In this document: positions 12,837-24,539 of the stretch, piece after piece
Layout: each line of letters starts with the position of its first letter
Numbering within the stretch: position 1 is the stretch's first letter
The notes under the pieces: model-generated
The model's database searches: none
The model's input: the letters and a program-made list of their open reading frames with translations, nothing else
What the model was told of the DNA's origin: nothing
Program-made: the position numbers and the translations under genes
Assembly: GCF_006345805.1 (NCBI RefSeq)
Contig: NC_043014.1
Span: 10,912,001-10,976,000 of the forward strand
Direction of reading: 5' to 3'
From: Octopus sinensis
Lineage: Eukaryota
DNA length: 64,000 bases

Positions 12837-12889
12837 TTGGGGTAAATGTATAAAACATTAAAATTCTTCTCGGGTTTTGTATCAAGAAC

Positions 12890-13770
12890 ATTCGAAAACT
12901 AAGACAGACGTATTTGATGAGTTGTCAACTAGCTATAACGTATACCAATCATATATTTACACAGAAATCTAAATAGAATTATCGAATAAATCTAATATTA
13001 CCGCTAGCAAATCTAAATTATTTTGCTTTATTCCATGCATTGCATCCAAACAAATCAATATCCCACGAACAAATCCACGCAAAAGACAAAATTGCAAATT
13101 TTTTTTTGGAGGCACTCCGTCGGTTACGACGACGAGGGTTCCGGTTGATCCGAATCAGCGGAACAGCCTGCTCGTGAAATTAACGTGTAAGTGGCTGAGC
13201 ACTCCACAGACACGTGTCCCCTTAACGTAGTTCTCGGGGGATATTCAGCGTGACACAGAGAGTGACAAGGCCGGCCCTTTGAAATACAGGTACAACAGAA
13301 ACAGGAAGTAAGAGTGAGAGAAAGTTGTGGTGAAAGAGTACAGTAAGGATCACCACTATCCCTGCCGGAGCCTCGTGGAGCTTTTAGGTGTTTTCGCTCA
13401 ATAAACACTCACAACGCCCGGTCTGGGAATCGAAACCGCGAGTCCGCTGCCCTAACCACTGGGCCATTGCACCTCCACAAATTGCAAATATCATTTAAAA
13501 TATAAGATATTCGGGCGTAGCGCTCTGCGGAGGGACGTTTATGTCAAGGGGAAGTAACTATCTCGGCACAATATGAGGCGAATCAGCCAGACATAATAAT
13601 TGAGTATTGGAGAAGAAAAATACCTGCTTACTGCTAGACATTACAGCCTCTTCTGATCACAATATTGTCCCTAAAAAGACTTGGAGAAATTATTAAAGTA
13701 CAGTGATCTCGAAATTGAAGTATCCAAGATGTGGGGCATGAAGGTGAAAGCAATATTAATAATAAGTGAG
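12890..13770 (+). mobile_element. R4/Dong-like C-terminal REL endonuclease remnant, split by a SINE
   Basis: DKIANII.., ANQPDIII..CLLLDIT..SDHN and KYSDLEIEVSKMWGMK. Confidence 0.75.
13100..13478 (-). mobile_element. SINE family A, tail type 2, 11-bp TSD
   Basis: TSD aaattgcaaat at 13089-13099 and 13479-13489. Confidence 0.92.
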
Positions 13771-14209
13771 GCATTGAAAGGCGGATAGCTAGCAGAATCG
13801 TTAGCACGCCGGGCGAAATGCGTCGCGGTATTTCGTCTGCCGCTACGTTCTGAGTTCAAATTCCGCCGAGGTCGACTTTGCCTTTCATCTTTTCGGGGTC
13901 GATTAAATAAGTACCAGTTACGCACTGGGGTCGATGTAATCGACTTAATCCGTTTGTCTGTCCTTGTTTGTCCTCTCTGTATTTAGCCCCTTGTGGGTAG
14001 TAAAGAAATAGGTATAAGAGGTGATGCAGCAGAAAATTGCCTGAAATTATCAAACGTCGAATAATATTACTTTCTACTAAAGGCACAAGGCCTGGAATTT
14101 GGTGGTGGAAGTAAGTCGATTACATCAACCCCAGTACGAAACTGGTACTTATATTATCGAACCCGAAAGGATGAAAAGGCAAAGTTGACCTCGGTGGAAT
14201 TTGGAAAGC

Positions 14210-14485
14210 AAATGGGTGGTTCGTTCAACATCCTTACACAACTCTTAAACAGGGACCTTTTGAGCAGGATGGGTTACTCGACCAGAAGAAAATTCTAACT
14301 GGGCCCCACCTGCAAGGTCATGTGCTGTTTATCTTGATATGAGAACACCATGTCGAACACATGGTGTGATGCATGTGCCTAGTGTACCCTTATCAGACGG
14401 ATAGTCATGATGGGTATACTGGGCGTCGTATATTTTACCCGTGTCACTTTGATGGCATGCACTGCTCTCTCACTCAATAATAAGA
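14210..14485 (+). mobile_element. Unclassified interspersed repeat ending ..ctctctcactcaataataa (second, longer copy at 32030-32535, minus strand)
   Basis: The two copies are roughly 85-90% identical by eye, with an (AAT)-type tail. Confidence 0.7.
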
Positions 14486-15165
14486 AAAATAAATACAGAA
14501 AGCAATGGAAAAATTCACTTGTAAAACGCAGATGAAAAATGCTATCAACAGCTAAAAGTATTTGAATATCATAAAACAACGACGAAAACTGAAAGAAGTT
14601 GGATGAATATTGAATAAAAGAGAGAAAATGGAGTGAAAGTTTAGATTAACAATACTTTTTCAAAAACCTAAAATATGAAATAGTTGAAAACACTTTTGAA
14701 AAATTTCCGAGAATGCAAAAAGCAGTAAGAAAAATTGGAAAAGAATCAATATTACTAAAAATTTATTGTAAGCATTAAAAGGATAGAAAATAATGAAAAA
14801 CATGAATTGGGTGAATATATAAATGTCAAATGACAATGAGATTCACTGAAGCGAGATATACAACAGATATTGTTATAAAAAGATCGAGACACCATGAATA
14901 TTAGTAAAATAGGATTAGAAACCTCGAGAAGGGAAAGAAACAAACGAAATATACTGAGAGTAATAATTGAAAGGAAAGAAAAGCCGTCCGGAACTCGACT
15001 GAATGAACGGGAAAAGATTAAACAATGGGGCAATGGTAGTAAGTAGGGGAAGATGTTGGAGTAGAATGAGATCAAGGGAGAAATAAAAGAGATTTTGGAA
15101 AGAGTAGAAAGGGTTAGAAAGGATAAGCAGACGGACAGATATATGGAAATGTAAAGTAGAAAGGT

Positions 15166-15465
15166 GGAGGCGTAATGGCCCAGTGGTTAGGGCAGCGGAC
15201 TCGCGGTTGTAGGATCACGGTTTCGATTCCCAGACTGGGCGTTGTGAGTGTTAATTGAGCGAAAAAACGTAAAGCTCCACGAGGTTCCGGCAGGGGGTGG
15301 CGATCCCTGCTGTACTCTTTCACCACTCTTTCTCTCATCTTTCTTCTGTTGGCCTGCTCGCTTAGCCAGCGGGGTGGCGTCATTTGAAGGCTAAAACAAT
15401 GCGAAGCGCATTGTGATCAGCGATGTGTAGCAACATCTAATAGGCTGGTCGATCACGGTGATCAC
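15166..15465 (+). mobile_element. SINE family A, tail type 3 (paralogue at about 31050-31355, minus strand)
   Basis: Same head as other family A copies; tail ggcgtcatttgaaggctaaaacaatg..gcattgtgatcagcgatg. Confidence 0.85.
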
Positions 15466-15557
15466 GGTAATAAAACAGAAAGATATTAACTATGAATTGA
15501 AAAAGATTAAAAAATGACCGTAGAAGGTTAAAGACATCTGAGTATGATAAATAAGAG

Positions 15558-15796
15558 TTGAATAGAAGGCAGTGTGGTGGCAGAAACGTTAGCAGGCCGG
15601 GCGAAATGCTTAGCGGTGTTTCGTCTGCAATTACGTTTTGAGTTCTAATTCCGCCGAGGTTGACTTTGCCTTTCATTCTTTCGGGGTCGATTAAATAAGT
15701 ACCAGTTGCGCACTGGGGTCGATGTAATCGACTTAATCTCTTTGTCTGTCATTGTTTGTCCCTTCCATGTTTAGCCCCTTGTGAGCAGTAAAGAAT
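15558..15796 (+). mobile_element. Family C SINE with 10-bp TSD; empty site present in the paralogous segment
   Basis: TSD taaataagag at 15548-15557 and 15797-15806. The paralogue near 30960-30985 has one copy of the target and no insert. Confidence 0.92.
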
Positions 15797-16780
15797 TAAA
15801 TAAGAGCCAAATGTATTAGAAAGGCGGTGAGCTGTTAAAATCATTGGCATGTCGGACAAAATGTTTAGCTGCATTTCCTCCGGCCTTTTATGTTTTAAAA
15901 TGAAATCCTACCGAGATCAGCTTTTACCTTCCATTTCTTCGGTGACGATAAACTGAAGAAGAAGCCAAGTACTGTGGTCGATGTAATCAACTTGCCCCCA
16001 CCCCTTCGTAATCGCTGACCTTGTGCAAAAATTACCTGTTCAGGATAATGTGATCTCGTTTGCTTATATGTCATGGAAACCAGGTTTTAGAATTTAACAC
16101 ATAAACCGCGACCGGCCACTATCGTGGCTATCAGGCACCGGTCAAGAGGCCACGATTGTGGCCCAAATTTTTTGTTTGTTCCTTCTCGAGCCAATTCTGG
16201 CTCATAGGTTTTCTTGGCGTATAGGTTCCCCACCTGTCCGCCGGTCCGTCGCAGGTGAACTGCAAGATGCAGGAGGAAAGAGTGAGAGAAAGTTGTGGCG
16301 AAAGAGTCAGCAGAAGTTCGCCATTACCTTCTGCCGGAGCCGCGTAGATCTGAGGTGTCTCGCTCATAAACACACACATTACGTGGTTTGAGATTCGAAC
16401 CCGCAATCCCTCGACCGCGAGTCCGCTGCTCTAACCACTAGGTCATGTGCCTCCACTGTGGTCCAAATAGAATCATTTAATTTATGGGCGTTTGTTGAGG
16501 TTTTAATGTCATTCGAACACTCCGATACCTCCCAGAATGCAAGCGGATTAATAGTTCAACTAATGACTTTTCAGATGATGCAAAACTTTCCACCATTATA
16601 TACTAAGAAGATATTTTAACTATTTTTTTTTGTTTCTTATGTGGTGCATGGTAGTCTAATTTTCATAAAATGTGCTCAGCAATCCATGTTATGTAAGGGC
16701 AAATCCCAGCGCTTTATGGGTCAACTGGAAATATCAGACAGGAAAAAAATCTTTGTTTTTAGGTTGGTAATAAGAACAAC

Positions 16781-17085
16781 CTGGAGGCACAATGGCCCAG
16801 TGGTTAGAGCAGCGGACACGCGGTCGGAGGATCGCGGTTTCGATTCCCACACCGGGCGTTGTGTGTGTTTATTGAGCGAAAACAACTAAAGCTCCACGAG
16901 GCTCTGGCAGGGAGTGGTGATGACCCCTGTTGTACTCTTTCGCCACAACTTTCTCTCACTCTCTCTTCCTGTTTCTTGAGTAATGCTGCAATGGACTGGT
17001 GTCTTGTCCAGCTGGGGGGAACACATACGCCACAGAAACCGGGAAACCGGGCCCATGAACCTGGCTAGGCTTTAAAAGGGCGACG
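16781..17085 (+). mobile_element. SINE family A, tail type 4 (V-domain-like), 12-bp TSD
   Basis: TSD aataagaacaac at 16769-16780 and 17086-17097. Body tgcaatggactggtgtcttgtccag. Related copies at 16170-16455 (-) and 30665-30838 (-). Confidence 0.88.
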
Positions 17086-17762
17086 AATAAGAACAACACA
17101 TGATGGGAAAATATATAAAGGCACGCTTTGCAACTGCGTAGTTTCAGGTTCAAACCCACTGCGCAGCAACTTGGACATGTATCTTCTACTACGGAGCCGG
17201 GTCAACTACTGCCTTGTGAGTGATCTGGTAGAGGGAAACTGTGTTGAAGTCCTTAGTGTGTGTGTGTGTGTTAGTGTCTGTGTTAATACCTCACATACAC
17301 CAAAGCTTGTCAACCGGTGTTCGTTTTGTTTTGTTGTTGCCCCGTAAATTAGCAGTTTGGTAAAAGAAAACAATACAGTAACTCTCACACTTTGAAAATA
17401 GACAGTCCGGGCGATTTGTTTGACTGAAAAACTCTTCGAGGCGGTGCCCCAGCATGGCCAGATTCCAATGACTGATGCAAGTAGAGGAAAGCATTAAAAA
17501 AAAAGGTAAGACATTTCAAACTTCCGCGCGAAATAACGGGAATCGAAAAAACAAGGGATCGTTAGTGAAGAGAAGTAAGCAGACGCAAAGGAAAGCCAAA
17601 GAAAATATCGAACACTTTTGAAGTGACTGAGAAGTGGCAGAATACGAATATTCAAGCATAAGATTAATGGAAACTGAGAGAAGAAAAACTGGTTGCAAAT
17701 TTTGGCACAAGGCCAGCAATTTCGGGGGAGAGGGTAAGTCGATTACATCGACCGCCTGTGCG

Positions 17763-18285
17763 TCCCCAAAGTCCATCCCCTCCTCACCGTGGTGGGGAAG
17801 CTGGCAACGGGTGGTGTCAGAGCTATGCCGTCGGGAACTTCGGTTCCTGGTAGGGCCACTCAAGGCGGATTGGTCTGACGCCGAGTGGTATTAGGGCCAC
17901 AACCCTAATACCAGATGGGGCTCTGATGAAAATCCTCGGCGTGTCTGTTTCGGCAACCGGCGGCTCCTCGGTCGTTCTGTCCCTGCGTCTGCGGACAATC
18001 TGCGGCAAACAGGATGTCTCTACATGCGGAATTGTTGGGAACCGCTTGTGAAATCCACATATTCCCACAAAACTTCTTCCATGAATTCTCAATGGCGAAT
18101 ACAATGGCGTTGACCGCAGGTGGTCGGCCTGCGCCGATGGAACCGTGACTGGCTCGCTATCTCCAGTGAACTGGCGCAGGACCGTCGTGCGTGGGCTGCC
18201 ATGGTTCGAGATGCCTCGACAGTGGTAGAAGAAGTCGACTCAACCCGCCCAGGGTGAATGTCGCCACAAGTACAAGTAAGTAAGT
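17763..18285 (+). mobile_element. Bipartite non-autonomous RTE (5' UTR fused to 3' end), 12-bp TSD
   Basis: TSD accgcctgtgcg at 17751-17762 and 18286-18297. RTE-type leader motifs gagctatgccg and cctggtagggc. The 3' end matches the RTE at 38748-38960 and has a (caagta)-type tail. Confidence 0.85.
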
Positions 18286-19129
18286 ACCGCCTGTGCGCAA
18301 CTGATACTTATTTTAGCGACTCGGAAATGATGAACAGCAAAGTCAACGATCGGTAGAATTTGAACTTCGAACGTGAGGACGGGCGAAATGCTGCGAAATA
18401 TTTAGCCCGACGTGTTAATGATTCTGTCAACTCGCTACCTGGAATGTATCATATATTGGTTTTAAATTTTAGCACAAGGCCAGCAATTTCGAGGAACAGG
18501 CTAGTCGATTATGTCGATCCCAGTACTCAATTGGTAATTACTTTAGCAACCCGGGAAAGATGAAAAGCAAAGTAAACGTCGGCAGAATTTTAATTCAGAA
18601 CATGAAGACGGGCGAAATGATGCGAAATATTTAGCCCGACGTGAAAACTATTCTGCCAAATCGCTAGCTTGAATACGTCATATATTGAAAAGATGTTAAA
18701 AGAAAGAGATAACTATTTTTTAGACAGTTTGAAACACGCATAGAAATAAATTGAAATCAACTTGATAGAAGATCGTAATATATGATTATAAAATAAAACA
18801 TGATATAAGAAAGTTTGAAAAATGTCTAACGAGTAAAATAAACGCTTCTTATTCATCTGCTTCGTTCTGTTTGGAAAAAATGAAACAGAAAATAATTGAA
18901 AAACTCTGAAGCACACTTAATGGTGAACATGAGATGAGGAAATCTGAATGGAAGTCTGCTTAAAGATGTCAAATTCGAAAACACTGAAATTGCTGGAAAT
19001 GTTTAGAAATATTTGAAGTAGTTTTAAAAACTCAACAAACTATCAAAGGGAATTTTCTGAAAATAGTAGACAATATAAACAGAAAATATATCATACGATT
19101 TACATCATTTGCATTAGACGAATATTTGT

Positions 19130-19246
19130 CTCATCTTTTTTTTTTTTTTTTTAACACAAGGTTTCGGCTGATATACCCTCCAGCCTTCTTTAGGTGTCTT
19201 GGGGGAAATTTCGAACCTGGGTTCTCATTCGTAAGGTATTTTTCGA

Positions 19247-19290
<44 letters not shown>

Positions 19291-19348
19291 TCACTGCTTG
19301 GAATCGAACTCGGAACCTTGGGATTAGTAGCCCGCGCTCTTAACCACT
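19130..19348 (-). mobile_element. tRNA-headed element with (AAT)n spacer and Penelope-type hammerhead-like tail
   Basis: Head ggcatatggcgtagtggttaagagcgc..gagttcgattcc (A and B boxes). Tail gacac-ctaagaa-ggctg/cagcc-gaaac-cttgtgtt. Confidence 0.7.
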
Positions 19349-19390
19349 ACGCCATATGCCTGTGGGCAATTATGGAATGAATTTTAGAGC

Positions 19391-20010
19391 TTATAAATCT
19401 AATATTTTTCTATCCTTCCTTAATACCGGTTCCCATATGCTGTTCATATCTTCACTCGGTCTGCTTAGGAGGTTGTTGTGTCCTAGCATATGTGCTGCTT
19501 CTTTTAGTTTTCGTATTTTCCAGTGGTGTTCACTGTTTATTATTTTAACTTCATCCCACAGAGGGAGGTGATCTCCATTTTTCCATACATGATCAGCTAT
19601 ACCCGATTTATCAATATCTCCTCGTGTCACAGCTTTGCGATGTCGTCTACCCTTATTTCGAGGGAGTGGCATGTTTCGCCTTTGTATAACCTACCACAGC
19701 TGCATGCGATGGAATACACGCAGTCTTTGGTCACATTCTCTTCTGTTGGTGGTTTTACTCGGAGGAGATATTTGCGAAGTATTGTATTACTCTTGAATAC
19801 TGTCCTGATGTCAAATGGACGGCATATCTTTTGTATCTTTTCGGAGAGGCCTTTCACATAGGGTAGACAGACTGCGGACAGTTTATTGGTTTTATCCTCT
19901 CTCTTCTTCATAAATGGAGGGAATAGTATACTTTTGGGGTAGTTGTTGCTTAACAGATCGTTATTGAGCTTCATCATATCTTCGTGGTGTGTATCACCAG
20001 CGAAATGACA
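19391..20010 (-). mobile_element. Penelope-like element, GIY-YIG endonuclease 3' fragment
   Basis: LPYVKGLSEKIQKICRPFDIRTVFKS..CVYSIACSCGRLYKGET and KSGIADHVW..WDEVKII..WKIRKLKEA, with one frameshift. Confidence 0.9.
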
Positions 20011-21299
20011 GCAAATTGTCGAAATGACAGTTCTAAATATAGAACTGTATATCAAATTATATTTGAAAATGTTTTCCAAATTATTTCTTCACCCTAAGGC
20101 GGCGAGTTGGCAGATTCGTTAGCACGCCGGGTATTATGCTTAGCGGTATCTCACCCATCTTTATGTTCAGGGTTCAAATTCCTCCGAGGCTGACTTTGCC
20201 ATTCATCCTCTTGGGGTCGATTAAATAAATACCAGTTGAGCACTGGGATCGATGTAATCGACTAGCTCATTCCTTGAAATTGCTGGCCTTATGCCAAAAA
20301 CATTTGAAACCAAAATTACTTCTTCTAGGGGCAGGAGTGGCTGTGTGGTAAGAAGCTTGGTTCCCAACCACATAATTCCAGGTTCAGTCCCACTGCGCGG
20401 CACCTTGGGCAAGTGTTTTCTGCTATAGCCTCGAGTGGATTTGGTAGACGGAAACTGAAAGAAGCTCGTCGTATATATATATATATATATATGTGCGTGT
20501 GTATGTGTATTTGTGTGTGCGTGCGTCTGTGTTTGTCCCCCACCATCGCTATACAACCAATGTTGGTGTGCTTACGTCCCCGTAACTTAGCGGTTCGGCA
20601 AAGGTGAACGACAGAATAAGTACTATGTGTATAAAGAATAAGTCGGGGGTCGATTGGTTCGACTAAAGGCGATGCTCCAGCATGGTCGCAGTCAAATGAC
20701 TGAAACAAGTAAAAGAAAAGAAGGAACACTTATTATTGTCTTCGGGTATTGTTGACATACCCCGTATAGCACATTCTGCAGCAAATTAATCACGGACACT
20801 GAAAAATAAATTCTTTTCTACTCTTGGTACAAGGTCCGAACATTTTGGGGGAGGGGACCAGTTGATTAGATCAACCCCAGTACGCAACTGGTACTTACTT
20901 TATCAGCCACGAAAGGACGAAAGGCAAAGTCGACCTCGGCGGAATTTGAACTCAGAACGTAGCGGCGACGAAATACCTATTTCTTTACTACCCACAAGGG
21001 GCTAAACACAGAGGGGACAAACAAGAACTGACAAACGGATTAAGTCGATTACATCGACCCCAGTGCGTAACTGGTACTTATTTAATCGACCCCGAAAGGA
21101 TGAAAAGCAAAGTCGACCTCGGCGGAATTTGAACCCAGAACGCAAAGACAGACGAAATACCTATTTCTTCTGGGTCAATAAATTAAGTACCAGTTACACA
21201 CTGGGGTCGCTCTAATCGACTTAATTTCTTTATCTGTCCTTGTTTGTCCCCTCTATGTTTAGCCCTTTGTGGGCAATAAAGAAATAGCTAATTAATGTC

Positions 21300-21674
21300 C
21301 CTTTCCGATCTCGAAGACTTCGGTCTCCAGAACATCTAAGCTTTGCTCAGTCCACAAATAAATCCCAAAGGCAGACATTGACAATTGCTGGACTTCATCA
21401 AGAAGAACACTTTTTTTGACAATGTCTGTTTTATGTCGAATGCTCGAGTGTTGAAAAGCCCCGTAATCTCTTTTCTTCTCGTTCGAGGGCAGCAGACCCC
21501 TAGTCAGGAACGAAACGTGCAGCAGCACGTTCTCCGGTCTCTAACTTTGCAGCATCGGCAACAAATCTTGGTGTTGTCTCCCGTAACGCGGAGGAGAGAA
21601 AAACCAGTAAATACAAAGGGGCTGACCGACTGCTATCAGTTTGTGTCGGTCGCGGTCGTGAGACCAGGTGTTAT

Positions 21675-21710
<36 letters not shown>

Positions 21711-22290
21711 ATTTTTTGGCTCAAAAAGCAAAAAGCAAGGCCATGTAGGGGGACATGGAGTTATGTACAGGGTGGTGTTCATGTAAATAGTTCAGGCCAC
21801 TTGAGGTCAAGGGAGACTTTGAACCGAGCGGTCGTCGGCATCTTCACCATCTCGTCTTGCAGCTTATTCCACGGATCCGCAACCCGGACGGAGAAAGCCC
21901 CTCTTCTTCGATTGAGATGAAATCGTCGCAGATAGAGCTTTTCGGAATGACCCCGTTATAAGACCCGTACTACCGATTTCCTTCGTAAATAGGGAGATCG
22001 GGCGGCCCGTTAGAGAAATGAACACCGCGAGATGGAGTGATTCATGCAGCGAGTGTCGCTGGCCACTCTCCGCCGCAACGCCATTGCAATCATCGCCGCA
22101 GGGCGCGGTTGAGCACACCGTCTGTTCTGGGGTATGCGACCCTCACCCTTTCCCGCAACATCTTCTTCTGCTTTATCCTCCACCCATTTTTTCTTTCTTT
22201 TCTTTTCCTTTCTCATATCTTTCTTTCTTGCGTCTCTGTATCTCTTTATTTATATCCCTGTTGACAAAAGCACAGAAAGCGAATACCCTA
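21300..22290 (+). mobile_element. CRE-like (REL endonuclease) non-LTR element 3' portion, interrupted by a CR1/L2 fragment
   Basis: RPLV..TCSSTFS..NAEERK.SKYKGLTDCYQFVSVAV..GVI, resuming after the insert with TDFLRK..EHREME.FMQRVSLATLRRNAIAIIAAG. Followed by a pyrimidine-rich 3' UTR. Confidence 0.75.
21668..21958 (-). mobile_element. CR1/L2-type LINE 3' fragment with (TAAC)n tail
   Basis: RGHSEKLYLRRFHLNRRRGAFSVRVADPWNKL..ARFKVSLD, ending in taactaactaac. Confidence 0.85.
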
Positions 22291-22744
22291 AGATGCTGAT
22301 ATGACACTATTCAGCATTGCCGAGGTTACGTCAGTTACATATCTAATATCATATACTGGAATTCCGTCGGTTACAATGACGAGTGTTCCATATGAACCGA
22401 TCAGCAAAGCACCCTGCTCATGAAATTACCGTGCATGTGACTGGGCACACAACAGATATGCATAATCTTTACCTAGTTCTCAGGGAGATTCAAAATGGCA
22501 CAAAATGTGACACCGCTGATCCTTTGAAATACAGGAACTACTCATTTTTACCAGTTCAATGGACTAAAGCAACGTGAAATAAAGTGTATTGCTCAAGGAT
22601 ACAACGCACCAACAGTTATCGAACTCCCGAACACCCTAACCTAGGGGTCGGGGAATATTTTTTACTAATTTCCCCAAAATATTTTTATTTATGATATTAC
22701 CCCTTTCATTTAAAAGGAAGAAAATCGTTTGTGTGTGGGTGCGC

Positions 22745-22992
<248 letters not shown>

Positions 22993-23089
22993 GTGACTGA
23001 AATGTAAGTCCCTATTTAAAAATATAATTTATTTATTAACTATAATTTTTAGAAAGATGTGAAGAAGACGTATAGCAAGGGGTTTTATT

Positions 23090-23864
23090 TAGGCACCATC
23101 AATTTGCCACCAGCTTCTCAAGCCGCCTGGGAACCGCATCAACTGATTTCATTCAGGAACTCTTGTGGGATGGAAGGCATAACTTCTCGTATTTACCCTT
23201 CAAGTTCTTCCAGAGTCGTTGGTTTTGTATAGTAGACTCGCTCCTTTAATCAGCCCCCAAAGAAAAAAGTTGCAGGGTGTTAAATTATGGCTACTGGTCG
23301 GCCAATCATACGGACTTCAACGATCCATCCATCTCCCAGGGAAATGGGCATTCAGCTATTCACGAACAACAATAGCAAAATGTGGAGGAGCGCCATCTTG
23401 CGTAAAATCAAATCTTCAATACCCTCCCAAGTACTGATAACTGGCCAGCTTTCATCTTGCAGCATGGTGAGGTCCCTTCCAGCATTCATGATATTGCAAT
23501 GGATGAAAGGATCCACAATCCAGTCCGAAGTCATTCCATACCATACCGTTTCCTTGGGCCGATTCTGCATTTTTCAGAGGTAATACGAGGATCTTCTCCT
23601 GTCCAGTAGTGGCGGTTGTGACGGTTCACAAACCCACCGACGTGGAATACCGTTTCATCGCTCCAGAGGATTTTTTTTAAAGAGATCAGACCATGATTGT
23701 CGAGCTTCTATATTTCAAACAAGATAATCGATCTGAAAAAAAGAAAATGATATAGAATCAATTCCCATACATTAAAGAACATACACATCAACTCTGAGAA
23801 AAAATTACAGTTGATAAATAAATTTAAGTATTTTAGAACAGGCAGTTACTTTTTAATCACCCTG
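23090..23864 (-). mobile_element. Tc1/mariner-superfamily DD41D (rosa-like) transposase remnant
   Basis: WSDETVFH..VNRHN, then QDGAPPH followed by 41 residues to LTPC(N)FFLWG. One end reads ta|cagggtg. Confidence 0.8.
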
Positions 23865-23879
23865 TATATAATATATATA

Positions 23880-23940
<61 letters not shown>

Positions 23941-24539
23941 ATAAGATCGGTAATTTAAAATTAAACAACGATCTTATCAAATGGCCAGCATGGAAATAAT
24001 AACCTTCAATGGTAATAAGTATTATTAAAATTATAACTTAGGGTATCTACGAGATACCGCCATGCTGAAAATAGCAGCCATGATCTGACTCTAAAACCAC
24101 CTTAAGTGTTTATATAGTACACGGAAAGAAGACAAAAAGACAAAATAAAACAAGTAAAAAATCCCAGAAATCCGGGATCTGGAATTATCCAGTAATTTTT
24201 TACAAGTTTTATTTTAAAGTCGTGTCTCGCCTTGACCTTCGAAACGTAGAGTAGAAACAAAGGCGACTGAAGAAGGGGAATTTTCCTTGTTTCGTATGTC
24301 CTGTACTCTATTTTTTCGTTGTTTAAGAAAAATGTCCACTTCCTTGGTTTTGTGTTTATGTTTTCGTTTCTCATTGTGTTCGACGTTTTTTTTTTGTGTC
24401 CTGTACCCATATATGCATGTATATATACATGTAGAGGTAGATACGTACATATATGTATGTATATATGCATATGTTTTATTTTATTTATCAATTTATTATA
24501 TGACGGAATGCACGCTCCATTTCTAAGTAAGATGGTTCT

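Larger units (their letters stand above)
14480..15935. repeat. Copy 1 of a long inverted duplication (copy 2 at about 30840-32040)
   Basis: Continuous reverse-complement alignment. ORFs 14755-15075(-) and 31444-31764(+) are almost identical as a result. Confidence 0.95.

Noticed and set aside
14755-15075. Duplicated 106-aa hydrophobic ORF as a real gene pair (with 31444-31764)
   Set aside because: It has a non-ATG start and is the antisense of an A-rich strand, which generates F/L/S/I by composition. The identity is explained by the duplication.
15166-15245. tRNA genes at SINE heads (also 19270-19348 and 1060-1139)
   Set aside because: They have A/B boxes but no closed acceptor stem, and they continue into SINE bodies with TSDs.
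17923-17990. CTGATGA as a hammerhead core in the RTE leader
   Set aside because: No GAAA follows a stem II, and stem I cannot form next to the core.
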